From: an uncultured Herbinix sp.
GTDB lineage: Bacteria > Bacillota > Clostridia > Lachnospirales > Lachnospiraceae
Direction: 5' to 3'
Assembly (NCBI GenBank): GCA_964570535.1
Contig: CAZMYP010000002.1
Span: 3,012-67,011 of the forward strand
DNA: 64,000 bases
In this document: positions 50,783 through 60,703 of the stretch, in pieces
Position numbering within the stretch: position 1 is the stretch's first letter
Layout: each line of letters begins with the position of its first letter
The notes under the pieces: model-generated
What the model saw: only the letters and a program-made list of their open reading frames with translations
Databases searched by the model: none
What the model was told of the DNA's origin: nothing
Made by a program: the position numbers and the translations under genes

Positions 50783-51811
50783 TTATAATAATGTAATTAG
50801 CTTATGAAAAATTGGAGCATAATGCTCATCTGTTATACCAAAGTCCTTACCTTTATAGGTCCATGCAGCTCTTCCAATTCCATACTCTTCAAAGACGCTG
50901 TTAATATCTGAAAACCAACCAAGGGTGGAGGTAAGATCAGCCTGGTCAATAACACCGTATTCGCCGCAGTAAAGAGCAATATCCCGGCTCTCAGCAATTT
51001 GAATTGCTTCTTGAAAGGCATTCACAAAAAATGCCTTATCAATATTATCCACTGTTATATTATTATATAATTCAAGGTTTTCAATAGGAAGAAACTCTTC
51101 TGTTTCCGAAATATATTTTGCGAATTTATTTGGATAGGTTGTTCGAAAGTCCTTATCCATTTTCTTGACCCAATAAGCAGATTGATGGGTAAATATTAAA
51201 GGTTCATAATAGTGAAAGGTATAGACAATGTTTTGATCATAGGGAAGATCAAGCATTTTAACAAAATCAACACTGTTATTTCTTGCACCACCGATAATTA
51301 TTTTGATAGTAGGAGCAATTTGCCTAATGGCTTTTATGGCTCGCTTAGCAATGCCATTCCATATAAGGGCAAAAGCAGGATCTACAATTTCGTTTAAGAG
51401 CTCAAAGGTTAGGCGACTTTCATATTTTCCATAACGCTTGGCTAATGCTTCCCAAAGAGCCACAAACCTGTCTTGTAGCTTTTCGTCTTCAAAGAATCCC
51501 ACGGAGGTCTCAAACTCATCAAAGGTATAGCCTGCAGTTTTGTGCAGATCAAGAATCATATTAAGGTTATTTCTTCTACACCATTCAAGGCAATTATCAA
51601 TGTAGTGGAAGCCTTCTTCAACATACTGACCATCCTCTGTTTCAACAAGCTCATAGTCAATGGGTAATCTTACATGGTCAAGTCCCCATGTGGCAACCCG
51701 TTCAATGTCGCTTTCAGTAATAAAAGTGTTATAGGTTTCTTTACTATGATTACACTGAGATAACCACCCACCTAGATTTATGCCCTTCATATAACCATCA
51801 AATTTTTTCAT
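50783..51811 (-). CDS. GH5 endoglucanase, CelC-like, no signal peptide
   Basis: GINLGGWLSQ, DHVRLPIDY, LDLH, FELLNE, HYYEP..FTHQ, LYCGEYG. Confidence 0.92.
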   Translation of the reverse strand: MKKFDGYMKGINLGGWLSQCNHSKETYNTFITESDIERVATWGLDHVRLPIDYELVETEDGQYVEEGFHYIDNCLEWCRRNNLNMILDLHKTAGYTFDEFETSVGFFEDEKLQDRFVALWEALAKRYGKYESRLTFELLNEIVDPAFALIWNGIAKRAIKAIRQIAPTIKIIIGGARNNSVDFVKMLDLPYDQNIVYTFHYYEPLIFTHQSAYWVKKMDKDFRTTYPNKFAKYISETEEFLPIENLELYNNITVDNIDKAFFVNAFQEAIQIAESRDIALYCGEYGVIDQADLTSTLGWFSDINSVFEEYGIGRAAWTYKGKDFGITDEHYAPIFHKLITLL

Positions 51812-51923
51812 ATTATTAACTCCTATGTTTTAACTCTATCATATTATTTACTTTTAATTAAGTATATCAATTTAATTGTATTTTTATCAAAATAATGACA
51901 TAATAAAAGGGCGGGGAGGTAAC

Positions 51924-52676
51924 ATGATGGATATTAATAAAAAATGGAGTTATAAAGAATTTATAATGCGTGAAGACAACATTTCACATGCACCTTATGG
52001 CCCGGAATTTGATTTTTATCTAGCTGTAAAATCAGGGGATTTAGATAAGGTGAGAAAGCTCTGTGAAAATGCTTTTTCAGAAAAAATCGGATTAGGTCAA
52101 TTGTCGGATAGCCCAATACGTAATATTCGATATCATTTCATTATAACGGTTGCTATGGTTGCAAGATATTGTATTGAAGGAGGAATGGAGCATGAAGCGG
52201 CCTATAGACTTAGTGATTTTTATATTCAGCAGGCAGATCGGTGTACCTTGATAGAAGAGATTTCACGGCTTCATAGCATTATGACCATAGATTATACAAA
52301 AAGAATGAAGTCTTTGAGAATGGATAAAATCATGTCAAGGCCAGTTGTAAAATGCATTGATTACATATACAAGAATCTTAATATAAGAATTACAGTGGCA
52401 ATCCTGGCTGAGTATATAGGATTACATCCTTCTTATCTGTCAAAGCTCTTTAAGAAGGAGACAGGCATTTCAATCAGTATGTATATACAGCAAAGGAAGA
52501 TAGAGACTGCACAGAATATGCTAAAGTATTCGGATTATTCTCTTGCTCAGATTGCATCTATTCTGGCATTTCCCACACAGAGCTATTTTATCGAGGTCTT
52601 TAAGAAGCGTGTTGGAATAACGCCTAAGAAGTACCAGGGGCTATCCTTTAGGGAGATAGAAATAAACAATATATAA
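51924..52676 (+). CDS. AraC family transcriptional regulator
   Basis: C-terminal double HTH SYLSKLFKKETG...QSYF..VFKK..G.TP..Y; divergent from the glucanases. Confidence 0.93.
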   Translation: MMDINKKWSYKEFIMREDNISHAPYGPEFDFYLAVKSGDLDKVRKLCENAFSEKIGLGQLSDSPIRNIRYHFIITVAMVARYCIEGGMEHEAAYRLSDFYIQQADRCTLIEEISRLHSIMTIDYTKRMKSLRMDKIMSRPVVKCIDYIYKNLNIRITVAILAEYIGLHPSYLSKLFKKETGISISMYIQQRKIETAQNMLKYSDYSLAQIASILAFPTQSYFIEVFKKRVGITPKKYQGLSFREIEINNI

Positions 52677-52682
52677 TATATA

Positions 52683-52736
52683 TCATAAAAGAGAGATGAA
52701 ATACCTACAAAACGGTATCGCATCTCTCTTTTATGA
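52683..52736. terminator. Bidirectional terminator
   Basis: tcataaaagagagatg / catctctcttttatga 16-bp inverted repeat between convergent units. Confidence 0.8.
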
Positions 52737-52778
52737 GTTAATATAATATAAATGGTAAAAGGGTGAAAATAATATTTT

Positions 52779-52940
52779 TTATTTTCTTATAGGGGGATGT
52801 AAATCCCATTCTGGAAAACAGCTTGCAAAGCCTTCAAGATTCTGAGTTAGTACAACCTTCTCCATTTTGGCTATATCTGAATCTTCCTGTCCAAACATTG
52901 CTTCTAATTCATCAAAGTCATCATTAACATTAGTATTCAT
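52779..52940 (-). CDS. Unannotated 53-aa acidic microprotein ending FASCFPEWDLHPPIRK
   Basis: Hand-translated; AGGAG RBS overlaps the upstream gene's stop; ends before the terminator. Confidence 0.8.
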   Translation of the reverse strand: MNTNVNDDFDELEAMFGQEDSDIAKMEKVVLTQNLEGFASCFPEWDLHPPIRK

Positions 52941-52951
52941 ATTAACATCTC

Positions 52952-54595
52952 CTATGCTATAATTTCTTTAAGCGGTTCATTGGTAAATTGATTGACAATA
53001 TTCTTTGTATTGTTCCATTGATCAATACAAGCAACAATCTTACTCTTGCCCTGTATGCTCATATCTGCATACTTCTTATTGATAGCAGCAATATTAGAAT
53101 TGATATCTTTCTTGGATTTTATTATCATAAAAGCACATGCTCCTGCACCTAATAATAATAACACACCAAGTGGCAAGGCAATTATAAACATAATTAAAGC
53201 AAAGACACCAAGTAAAATTGAACCGACCATCCAATTTCTAGGTGCATTGGTAGTTGCGGTCATTACCTCTTGACTACAACATTTAGCTAAATGCTCATCA
53301 TAATCAGCATACAGTTGGTTATAGTTGCTTCCATCTGTTGTTGTCCCAATCCATCCATTGATATTCATGGTAATGCTCTCAGGGAAATCGTTCTTCTTTT
53401 CTGTAATATAACTATTAAAGCCCTTTTTAATATATCCACTAAGGAATGATACTGCAGTTTTTTTCTCTGATGGAGAAACATCTCCTTCTGATCTTATAAC
53501 CTTTGTCATTTGCTCTACAAGATTAAGAGCCTTTACCTGTCTTAATCGCTCTGCTTCTATGATTGCTTCTTTGGCAGCCGCTGTATCTCCTTCATACTTT
53601 TTAACAGCGTTTAGATATTTTTCTTCTTTTCTAAGAGGTTCTTCTGCTTCATCATATCTACTTATGAGGGATATTAAATTCTTATCAATCATAGCCTTAA
53701 GTCGATCCTGGTCAACATAAGCATTAACAATTCCTGTGAAGTTTTCTGATATGGCATCAACAGAATTAATTCTACTTACATAATCATTGATTCTGCCATA
53801 CTCTTGAACGCTGTCTTTTAGATCAGGATATTGTTCCTCAATTCCCTTCTGAAATTTATTACAGTACTCATTCCAGACCGATTCCTGCTCTTTTTCAAAA
53901 AGACTACTGCTTCCTCTAATTTCATTAATCCACTTTGTTATGTAATCATTACACATATGCTTCTCATCAGGACCGAACACCCCATTTACATATGCATCTA
54001 TATAAGTAAAACTACCCTCAGAAAAATTTGCGGCATCCTGTTTGGCAAAATAGATAGATAGCCACTCGTAGCAGGTCTGTATTTTGTTGTTTCTTCGGCA
54101 TATCAATGCCATTGTTAGAGCTGTTCTTTCTTCGTCTCTCTTAACTGCTTCAAAGATAGCCCTTTCTGCAAGATCTCGATCATTACCTATCCAAGCAGAT
54201 ATTGCTACTAAGCAGGGAGCCAACCAATAATTGGGGGTAGATAACATAAGTTCCTCTGAAACCCTTGATATTGTTGTCTTCTTTACAAGAGCCAAATCTG
54301 TAGCCTGAAGAACACCTAGCATGGTCTCTCTTATAACCTTGTAGTTGCCATAGTTCTGCTCCAGCTCTTGCCTTACTCGAACAAGCTCTGTTGATGCTTG
54401 CTGAAGAGCCGCAGTCATCTTCTGTTCAACCATCATTTTTTGAAAACGGTCAGATAAATCCTTTAAATCATTAGTGACCTGATCAATAGATGTATCGATA
54501 TTGTTTATGCGGTTGTTTACTTCATCTGTTATTTGTCTAAGGCCGTCTACTTTGTTTTCCAGCCTTTTAATATCTAACTGACTTAATTCTGCCAT
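52952..54595 (-). CDS. Hypothetical protein: N-terminal coiled coil, YWLAP helical domain, C-terminal TM hairpin
   Basis: 547 aa; heptad-rich first ~85 aa; two TM near residues 455-495. Confidence 0.85.
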   Translation of the reverse strand: MAELSQLDIKRLENKVDGLRQITDEVNNRINNIDTSIDQVTNDLKDLSDRFQKMMVEQKMTAALQQASTELVRVRQELEQNYGNYKVIRETMLGVLQATDLALVKKTTISRVSEELMLSTPNYWLAPCLVAISAWIGNDRDLAERAIFEAVKRDEERTALTMALICRRNNKIQTCYEWLSIYFAKQDAANFSEGSFTYIDAYVNGVFGPDEKHMCNDYITKWINEIRGSSSLFEKEQESVWNEYCNKFQKGIEEQYPDLKDSVQEYGRINDYVSRINSVDAISENFTGIVNAYVDQDRLKAMIDKNLISLISRYDEAEEPLRKEEKYLNAVKKYEGDTAAAKEAIIEAERLRQVKALNLVEQMTKVIRSEGDVSPSEKKTAVSFLSGYIKKGFNSYITEKKNDFPESITMNINGWIGTTTDGSNYNQLYADYDEHLAKCCSQEVMTATTNAPRNWMVGSILLGVFALIMFIIALPLGVLLLLGAGACAFMIIKSKKDINSNIAAINKKYADMSIQGKSKIVACIDQWNNTKNIVNQFTNEPLKEIIA

Positions 54596-54608
54596 TTAGT
54601 ATCTCCTC

Positions 54609-55418
54609 TCATGATAAAGTAGCATCTTCTTCATACTTTACTCTTTTTTTATTATACGAATTAGAAAATTTATCTCTTAATTCTCCTGTCTTCATTGCAT
54701 TTAATATTTTTCCTACAGGCAATACAAAATTGTCATAGAAATATTTCGCATTAGAGCGCAAGTAAAAGCTATCATTTCTATAAGGTGAATCTGGGTTTTC
54801 ATCAATTGCCTTTAATAAAGCAAAGCATGTCTTTGGAATATCACAATATCCTGCTAGTTCTTCATAAATTCCTACAAGATTATTTGTTAGAAAATTAACT
54901 GAAGTTCTTTTTTTGATTAAATATGGACTTAGAGCATCAACAAAACCACATAAATCCGCTGAATCCTCTTCAGACTGCATATTAACTGCAATTAAAGTCA
55001 GAACCTCACTTTCATAGTCAACTAAATTATAAGCTGAAGCTAAGAAAAGCTTCTTCAATTCCTGTACCTCATCATACTCAAGTACTAAGTCCTTAGTTTC
55101 ATTAAAAAAGGACTTAAGTGAGCCATCTTTTCTACTAACAAATTCATCATAATATGCCATAATATATAGGGCTGGAGCATTATCCTTAGATATATTCAAC
55201 ACATTCATAGCGTAATGCTGAGCGTTCTCGAATTTCCCCTCAGAAAAAAAGTTAATTGCATTTTCTTTGCTAAACATAACTTTTCCATTAGCGTTGAGGG
55301 TGGCTCTAGAATAGTACTCCTCCTTACCACATTGACTACATTTTAATATTCTTCCCTTGGGATCAAATACCACATTGCTACTACCACAACCGTGGCATTG
55401 CAAACCTCCTAATTCCAT
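54609..55418 (-). CDS. TFIIB-type zinc-ribbon + TPR-like hypothetical protein
   Basis: CHGCGS...LKCSQCG followed by a TPR-like helix pair. Confidence 0.82.
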   Translation of the reverse strand: MELGGLQCHGCGSSNVVFDPKGRILKCSQCGKEEYYSRATLNANGKVMFSKENAINFFSEGKFENAQHYAMNVLNISKDNAPALYIMAYYDEFVSRKDGSLKSFFNETKDLVLEYDEVQELKKLFLASAYNLVDYESEVLTLIAVNMQSEEDSADLCGFVDALSPYLIKKRTSVNFLTNNLVGIYEELAGYCDIPKTCFALLKAIDENPDSPYRNDSFYLRSNAKYFYDNFVLPVGKILNAMKTGELRDKFSNSYNKKRVKYEEDATLS

Positions 55419-55433
55419 AGTACTTACCTCATT

Positions 55434-56135
55434 CTACTTTATGGTTGAAGCCATACTGTTCCTGGTCTTCCAGGTAACTGTAGCTTCGTGAATTTTACTA
55501 ATAATCTCATCGTTGGATTTGTGCTCCACAATCAGACTTTGTATCTGGTTAAGCTGCAACAAAAATTGATTTTGTGAATTTTCCAGAAATGATTGAGATA
55601 CATTAGAGCTATAATCAACCATTTCTTTTAATTTATGCAACGGCTTCTTTATGTCAGAGTCTGTAGTAAGACTAAGCAAGGCAGCCAACTGGGCGGAAGT
55701 TGAAGACATAGGTCTTATCTTTTCTGCTGAATGTCTTGTCTGTTTGTCTACACGTTTTATATAGTCACCAGAGTATAATCTTAAAGCTATAAAGGTGATT
55801 AATACTAGCAAATTAAGCACTACCAATATAATGTTATATTTTCCTGTTGCTCGAAAGATAAAATATGTATTAATAACTATTGAGACAAACAGATAGATAG
55901 ATGTATAGTATACTGGAATGTAATTTATCTCTGCTGTGCTACTATTATTAGTAGCCTTAATAAGTAATAGAGAGGCTCCTGCGACTACAAAGGATATTAA
56001 GCCAAAACAAAAACCGCCCCAGTAATAAAAGCCAGCTCTATCATAGTCTGCAAATACTAAGACAACTACGCACCAACTAATGAATAAAAGAAGCTCGATT
56101 ATTGATAATTTTTTGATATTATTATTTCTCTGCAT
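55434..56135 (-). CDS. Hypothetical 4-TM protein with a C-terminal helical domain
   Basis: Four hydrophobic helices in the first ~120 aa; AGGAG RBS. Confidence 0.82.
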   Translation of the reverse strand: MQRNNNIKKLSIIELLLFISWCVVVLVFADYDRAGFYYWGGFCFGLISFVVAGASLLLIKATNNSSTAEINYIPVYYTSIYLFVSIVINTYFIFRATGKYNIILVVLNLLVLITFIALRLYSGDYIKRVDKQTRHSAEKIRPMSSTSAQLAALLSLTTDSDIKKPLHKLKEMVDYSSNVSQSFLENSQNQFLLQLNQIQSLIVEHKSNDEIISKIHEATVTWKTRNSMASTIK

Positions 56136-56153
56136 TTTGCTTTGTCTCCTTTT

Positions 56154-57509
56154 TTATATTTTAGTTCCACATTCAACACAGAACTTAGCTCCAGGAGCTA
56201 GCTCCATACTGCAGTTAGGACAAGCATTAGAAAGTCGCTTACCACAGGATAAGCAAAACTTTGATCCCTTTACAATAATCTCTCCACAGTCAGGGCATTT
56301 TGCTTCTTCAGCCATTTTGTTGCCGCAATTCAAACAGAACTTTGCACCAAGAGGACAGGAAGATCCACAGGAATTGCAAGCTATTGTTTCTGTTTTCTTA
56401 GGCTGAGCCATGTCTACATTTCCCAGGGTTGTTTGTGCTAAATTTCCCATTCCTGCTCCAAATGCTCCACCTACACCAACTCCCATTCCGAGTCCTAGAC
56501 CTGCGCCCATAAAGGTTGAAGCTGTTCCTTCGTTGGATGCGGCAGCCTCCATAACATTATAGGACTGTTCCTGCTGATATGTATAACCTTCTCGTTCACG
56601 CATACGTGCTCTTGCTGCTGATTCAATATCCATCTTCTTAGCAGTACCTTCAGCCTCAAGCTGATCACGTTTTCTCTGAATCTTCATTTCATTGATAGCT
56701 CGTAAATCTTCATCTGGAGCATTGATATTATGAAATGAAAAGTTATCCAAGGTTAATCCAAAGTCATCAAAATGCTCAATTAACTTCTCGTGTATATTCT
56801 TAGAAAACTCCGTTAAACGAGTACTAATTTTAAGTATTCCAATGCCTTGGTCAACCATGCTTTTTGCAAGTAGGTCAGGGACATATTCCAATATCTTAGC
56901 TCGCATAAATTGCACTAATTCATTTCGAGTATAATCTGATCTTGTTCCTACTACCTTATGAAGAAATTTTCTGGCTTGAACTGCTGAAATACCGGAATCC
57001 ATCTGCTCAATATGAACTCCAAATAAGCCAAATGCCCTAACATGAACATTAATTTCTTCTTCAGGATCCATTATAACTATTGGAGCTTGAGTTCCCCAAT
57101 TCAGCTCATTCATATAGGTTGTATTTACAAAATACACAGTACAATGAAAGGCTGAGTCGCCACCTGTTAAGGAATGACTTATGTTCCTAAAGGGTGCAAA
57201 TCTGCTATCACCTGTCTCAAGTTTAATCTTACATGGCCCTACAAATACGGATACTTGAGATTGTCCGCTGCCATCAGAATCAATGGAATTTCCTGTTGGC
57301 ATATTATTTGTAAAAATCGCCATCTGTGAGGGGTTCACAATCAAATATGAGCCATTAGGAAAATCCTCATATTCAAATTTGTGAACAATCAGACTAGCCT
57401 CATTGTCACTTTCAGGCTCCCACTTAATAACATCGACTGAAAATGCACCTAAGATCCCTTTATGTTGCTTCTCTTTTGGATTGTTACTTTGGAATAATGA
57501 CATATACAT
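56154..57509 (-). CDS. SPFH/band-7 protein (YdjI-like) with C-terminal double zinc ribbons
   Basis: VYFVN.....WGT..P, VRAFG.FG, Gly-rich GAGLGLGMG segment, six CxxC pairs. Confidence 0.9.
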   Translation of the reverse strand: MYMSLFQSNNPKEKQHKGILGAFSVDVIKWEPESDNEASLIVHKFEYEDFPNGSYLIVNPSQMAIFTNNMPTGNSIDSDGSGQSQVSVFVGPCKIKLETGDSRFAPFRNISHSLTGGDSAFHCTVYFVNTTYMNELNWGTQAPIVIMDPEEEINVHVRAFGLFGVHIEQMDSGISAVQARKFLHKVVGTRSDYTRNELVQFMRAKILEYVPDLLAKSMVDQGIGILKISTRLTEFSKNIHEKLIEHFDDFGLTLDNFSFHNINAPDEDLRAINEMKIQRKRDQLEAEGTAKKMDIESAARARMREREGYTYQQEQSYNVMEAAASNEGTASTFMGAGLGLGMGVGVGGAFGAGMGNLAQTTLGNVDMAQPKKTETIACNSCGSSCPLGAKFCLNCGNKMAEEAKCPDCGEIIVKGSKFCLSCGKRLSNACPNCSMELAPGAKFCVECGTKI

Positions 57510-57562
57510 TCACCTTTCTTTATTGAATATATTGTGTAAAATTTAACAATTACCTTAAATTT

Positions 57563-57591
57563 ATTATAAAGTTACACGACATTAAAGTCAA
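57563..57591 (-). promoter_or_regulatory. sigmaA promoter of the SPFH operon
   Basis: Minus strand TTGACT-17 bp-TATAAT. Confidence 0.78.
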
Positions 57592-57763
57592 CAAAAGGAT
57601 ATAATTCAGCATTATTCTACATGGTGTTTTGAGGAAGGGAAAATAGAAAAATACTCGAAGTGCAGAAGGTATTTGTAATTAGTTGGATGATGAGATATAA
57701 TTAGAGAAAATTATATACTAAATAATCTGATGAGTGTTTTGATTATATGGAGGATGGGTAGCT

Positions 57764-60703
57764 ATGGAAGATTACCGTAAAGAGCAATTAGAAAGAGGAT
57801 TAGAGACTGCTTTTATTGATCAGGATATTACATCTAACCTTGCTTATAAACCCATGTTTATTTCCAACAACTATAAAGAAGGTAGAAAGGTGCTGTCCTC
57901 AATAGAGGATGAACTTTTAAGCTGTGATCAATTTTGCATTAGTGTTGCATTTATTACTCTTAGTGGTTTAACCCCGCTATTGCAAACCCTAGAAGAATTA
58001 GAGAAGTATGGTATACCAGGGAAGGTTTTAACTACTGACTACTTGTGCTTTAGTGAACCAAAGGCCCTAATTAAGCTGGCAGGGCTTAAGAACATAGAAT
58101 TAAAGATGTATTATACAGAAGAAGCTGGTGAGGGTTTCCATACCAAAGGATATATCTTTAAAGAAGACGAAATTTATAGAATTATTGTGGGAAGCTCAAA
58201 TATTACATTAGGTGCCTTGACAAAAAACAAAGAGTGGAACACAAAGATTATCTCAACAGAACAAGGAGAATTTGCTAATGATATAGTTGATGAATTCAAT
58301 GCACTATGGCATTCAGACTCATCAAAGAAATATACAGATTTTATTGAGCAGTATTCAGTTAATTATGAATTAATTAAAAAACAGAAGGCAATTGCGAAGC
58401 AGGTTGATATTCCATCCATTGAGCAGTATAAACTTAAGCCCAATAATATGCAGGTTGAATTTGTGACTAATTTACAAAATATGATTAGTGAAGGAGAAGA
58501 TAAAGCATTATTAATTTCTGCCACAGGTACAGGTAAAACCTATGCTTCTGCATTTGCATTGAGAGAAGAAAATCCAAGAAAAGCTTTGTTTGTAGTACAT
58601 AGGGAGCAAATTGCAAAGCAGGCAATAAAGAGCTATAGGAATGTATTTGGTAGAACTAAAAAGTTTGGACTTATATCAGGAACCTCAAAAGAATATGATG
58701 CGGATTATCTGTTCTCTACTATGCAAATGATGGCAAAACCTGAGGTAAGAGAACGGTTTAAAGATAACGAATTTGATATAATTGTTATAGATGAAGTACA
58801 TAGAGCAGGTGCAGAAAGTTATCAAAGAATTATGGATTACTTTGAGCCTAAGCTTTGGCTTGGTATGACAGCGAGTCCTGACCGTCCTGATGGTTTTAAT
58901 ATTTACGGGCTTTTCAATTATAAAATTGTATATGAAATTAGATTACAGCAGGCTTTAGAAGAAAACTTGCTATGTCCATTTCATTATTTTGGTATAAGGG
59001 ATTTAGAAATTGATGGTGAAGTATTTGATGATGACATAGGCCTTAGAAACTTTGCTTATCTGGTATGTGAAGCACGGGTAGATTATCTTATAGAAAAGGC
59101 AAAATACTACGGTTTTAGTGGTGATAGGGTCAAGGGACTTATATTTTGCAGCAGAAAGAAGGAAGCAGAAGAACTATCAGATAAATTTAATGAACGCGGA
59201 TATAATACGGTATTCTTATGTGGTGATGATTCGCAGGTATACAGAGAAGAGTGCATCGAACGTTTAACAAATGATGAAAGGACAAATAGATTAGATTATA
59301 TATTTACAGTAGATATATTCAATGAAGGTGTGGATATTCCAGAAGTAAATCAGGTTATTATGCTTCGGCCAACGGAAAGTCCTATAGTATTTATACAGCA
59401 GCTTGGACGTGGACTTCGTAAAGCTGAAAACAAAGAATATGTAGTTGTCTTAGATTTTATAGGTAATTACATGAATAACTTTATGATTCCAATAGCTTTG
59501 TCTGGAGATAGAACCTATAATAAAGATACTATTCGTAAATATGTTATGGAGGGTTCAAAGATTATTCCTGGAAGTTCTACTATCCATTTTGATGAAATAT
59601 CTAAGAAGAGAATTTTCCAATCGATAGATAATGCTAGAACAAATAAAAAGTTTCTAAAAGAAAAGTATGAAATACTAAAAAACAAGCTTGGGAAAACCCC
59701 TAGTATTCTAGATTTCTATGAGTACGGTGAAGTAGATCCCATGTTATTTATTAATTATTCAAAGACATATGATAGATTTATTCGTATGGTAGATTCGGAT
59801 TATACAATTATATTTAATGATAAAGAAGAAGCAACATTAGAATTTGTATCTTCACTCTTGGTTAACGGTAAGAGACCCCATGAATTATTGATGCTAAAGA
59901 TGCTTGTAAATGGAAATACCATAGATAAATTAACATTTAAGGAAGAGCTAGAGAACGTTGGGTGTAGTTATAGAAATGAGGATTTCCAATCATCTATTCG
60001 AGTACTTGGTAAAGACTTTATTAATACACAATCAGAAAAAAACAAGTATCAATATATAGAATTTTTGGATGTGAATGAAATTAAGAAGAGTCAGTATAGA
60101 CGAGCATTAAGCTTTTATAAAAGGATAAACCAATTAGATTTTCAGATGGAACTGAACAATTTAATAGAGTATGGTCTGAAAAGATACAAAGATCTGTTCA
60201 ATGACCATGATGGAGATAATTTTGTTTTGTATCAGAAGTATTCTAGAAAGGATGTTTGTAGGTTACTAAATTGGGAAAGAGATGATAGTGCTACATTGTA
60301 TGGATATAGAATAAAAAACAACACATGTCCTATATTTGTGACATATAAGAAGAAAGAAGAAATAACAAGCAGTACAAAATATGAAGACAAATTTTTAACT
60401 AATAAAATGTTTAGTTGGATGACCAGAAGCCGTGTATCTATTGCTAGTAATGAATCACAAGAAATTATAAAACATAAAGAAAACGGACTTAAAATATTAC
60501 TATTTATTAAAAAGAGTGATGGTGAAGGAACTGATTTCTATTATATGGGGAAGATCAAACCAATAGAATGGAATGAAACTACAATTAGTAATGACAAAGG
60601 GAAAGAGCTACCAATTGTGAACTTTAATATGGAACTTGAGCATGCAGTTAGAAATGATATTTATGATTATTTTATAAGTAAGAAGGTAAGGAGCCACAAA
60701 TGA
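57764..60703 (+). CDS. PLD-nuclease / SF2 helicase / DUF3427 protein (SauUSI-like type IV restriction endonuclease)
   Basis: FHTKGY...VGSSN (PLD), ATGTGKT, DEVH, QQLGRGLR; C-terminal YSRKDV.RLLNW...F.WM...FYYMG. Confidence 0.87.
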   Translation: MEDYRKEQLERGLETAFIDQDITSNLAYKPMFISNNYKEGRKVLSSIEDELLSCDQFCISVAFITLSGLTPLLQTLEELEKYGIPGKVLTTDYLCFSEPKALIKLAGLKNIELKMYYTEEAGEGFHTKGYIFKEDEIYRIIVGSSNITLGALTKNKEWNTKIISTEQGEFANDIVDEFNALWHSDSSKKYTDFIEQYSVNYELIKKQKAIAKQVDIPSIEQYKLKPNNMQVEFVTNLQNMISEGEDKALLISATGTGKTYASAFALREENPRKALFVVHREQIAKQAIKSYRNVFGRTKKFGLISGTSKEYDADYLFSTMQMMAKPEVRERFKDNEFDIIVIDEVHRAGAESYQRIMDYFEPKLWLGMTASPDRPDGFNIYGLFNYKIVYEIRLQQALEENLLCPFHYFGIRDLEIDGEVFDDDIGLRNFAYLVCEARVDYLIEKAKYYGFSGDRVKGLIFCSRKKEAEELSDKFNERGYNTVFLCGDDSQVYREECIERLTNDERTNRLDYIFTVDIFNEGVDIPEVNQVIMLRPTESPIVFIQQLGRGLRKAENKEYVVVLDFIGNYMNNFMIPIALSGDRTYNKDTIRKYVMEGSKIIPGSSTIHFDEISKKRIFQSIDNARTNKKFLKEKYEILKNKLGKTPSILDFYEYGEVDPMLFINYSKTYDRFIRMVDSDYTIIFNDKEEATLEFVSSLLVNGKRPHELLMLKMLVNGNTIDKLTFKEELENVGCSYRNEDFQSSIRVLGKDFINTQSEKNKYQYIEFLDVNEIKKSQYRRALSFYKRINQLDFQMELNNLIEYGLKRYKDLFNDHDGDNFVLYQKYSRKDVCRLLNWERDDSATLYGYRIKNNTCPIFVTYKKKEEITSSTKYEDKFLTNKMFSWMTRSRVSIASNESQEIIKHKENGLKILLFIKKSDGEGTDFYYMGKIKPIEWNETTISNDKGKELPIVNFNMELEHAVRNDIYDYFISKKVRSHK

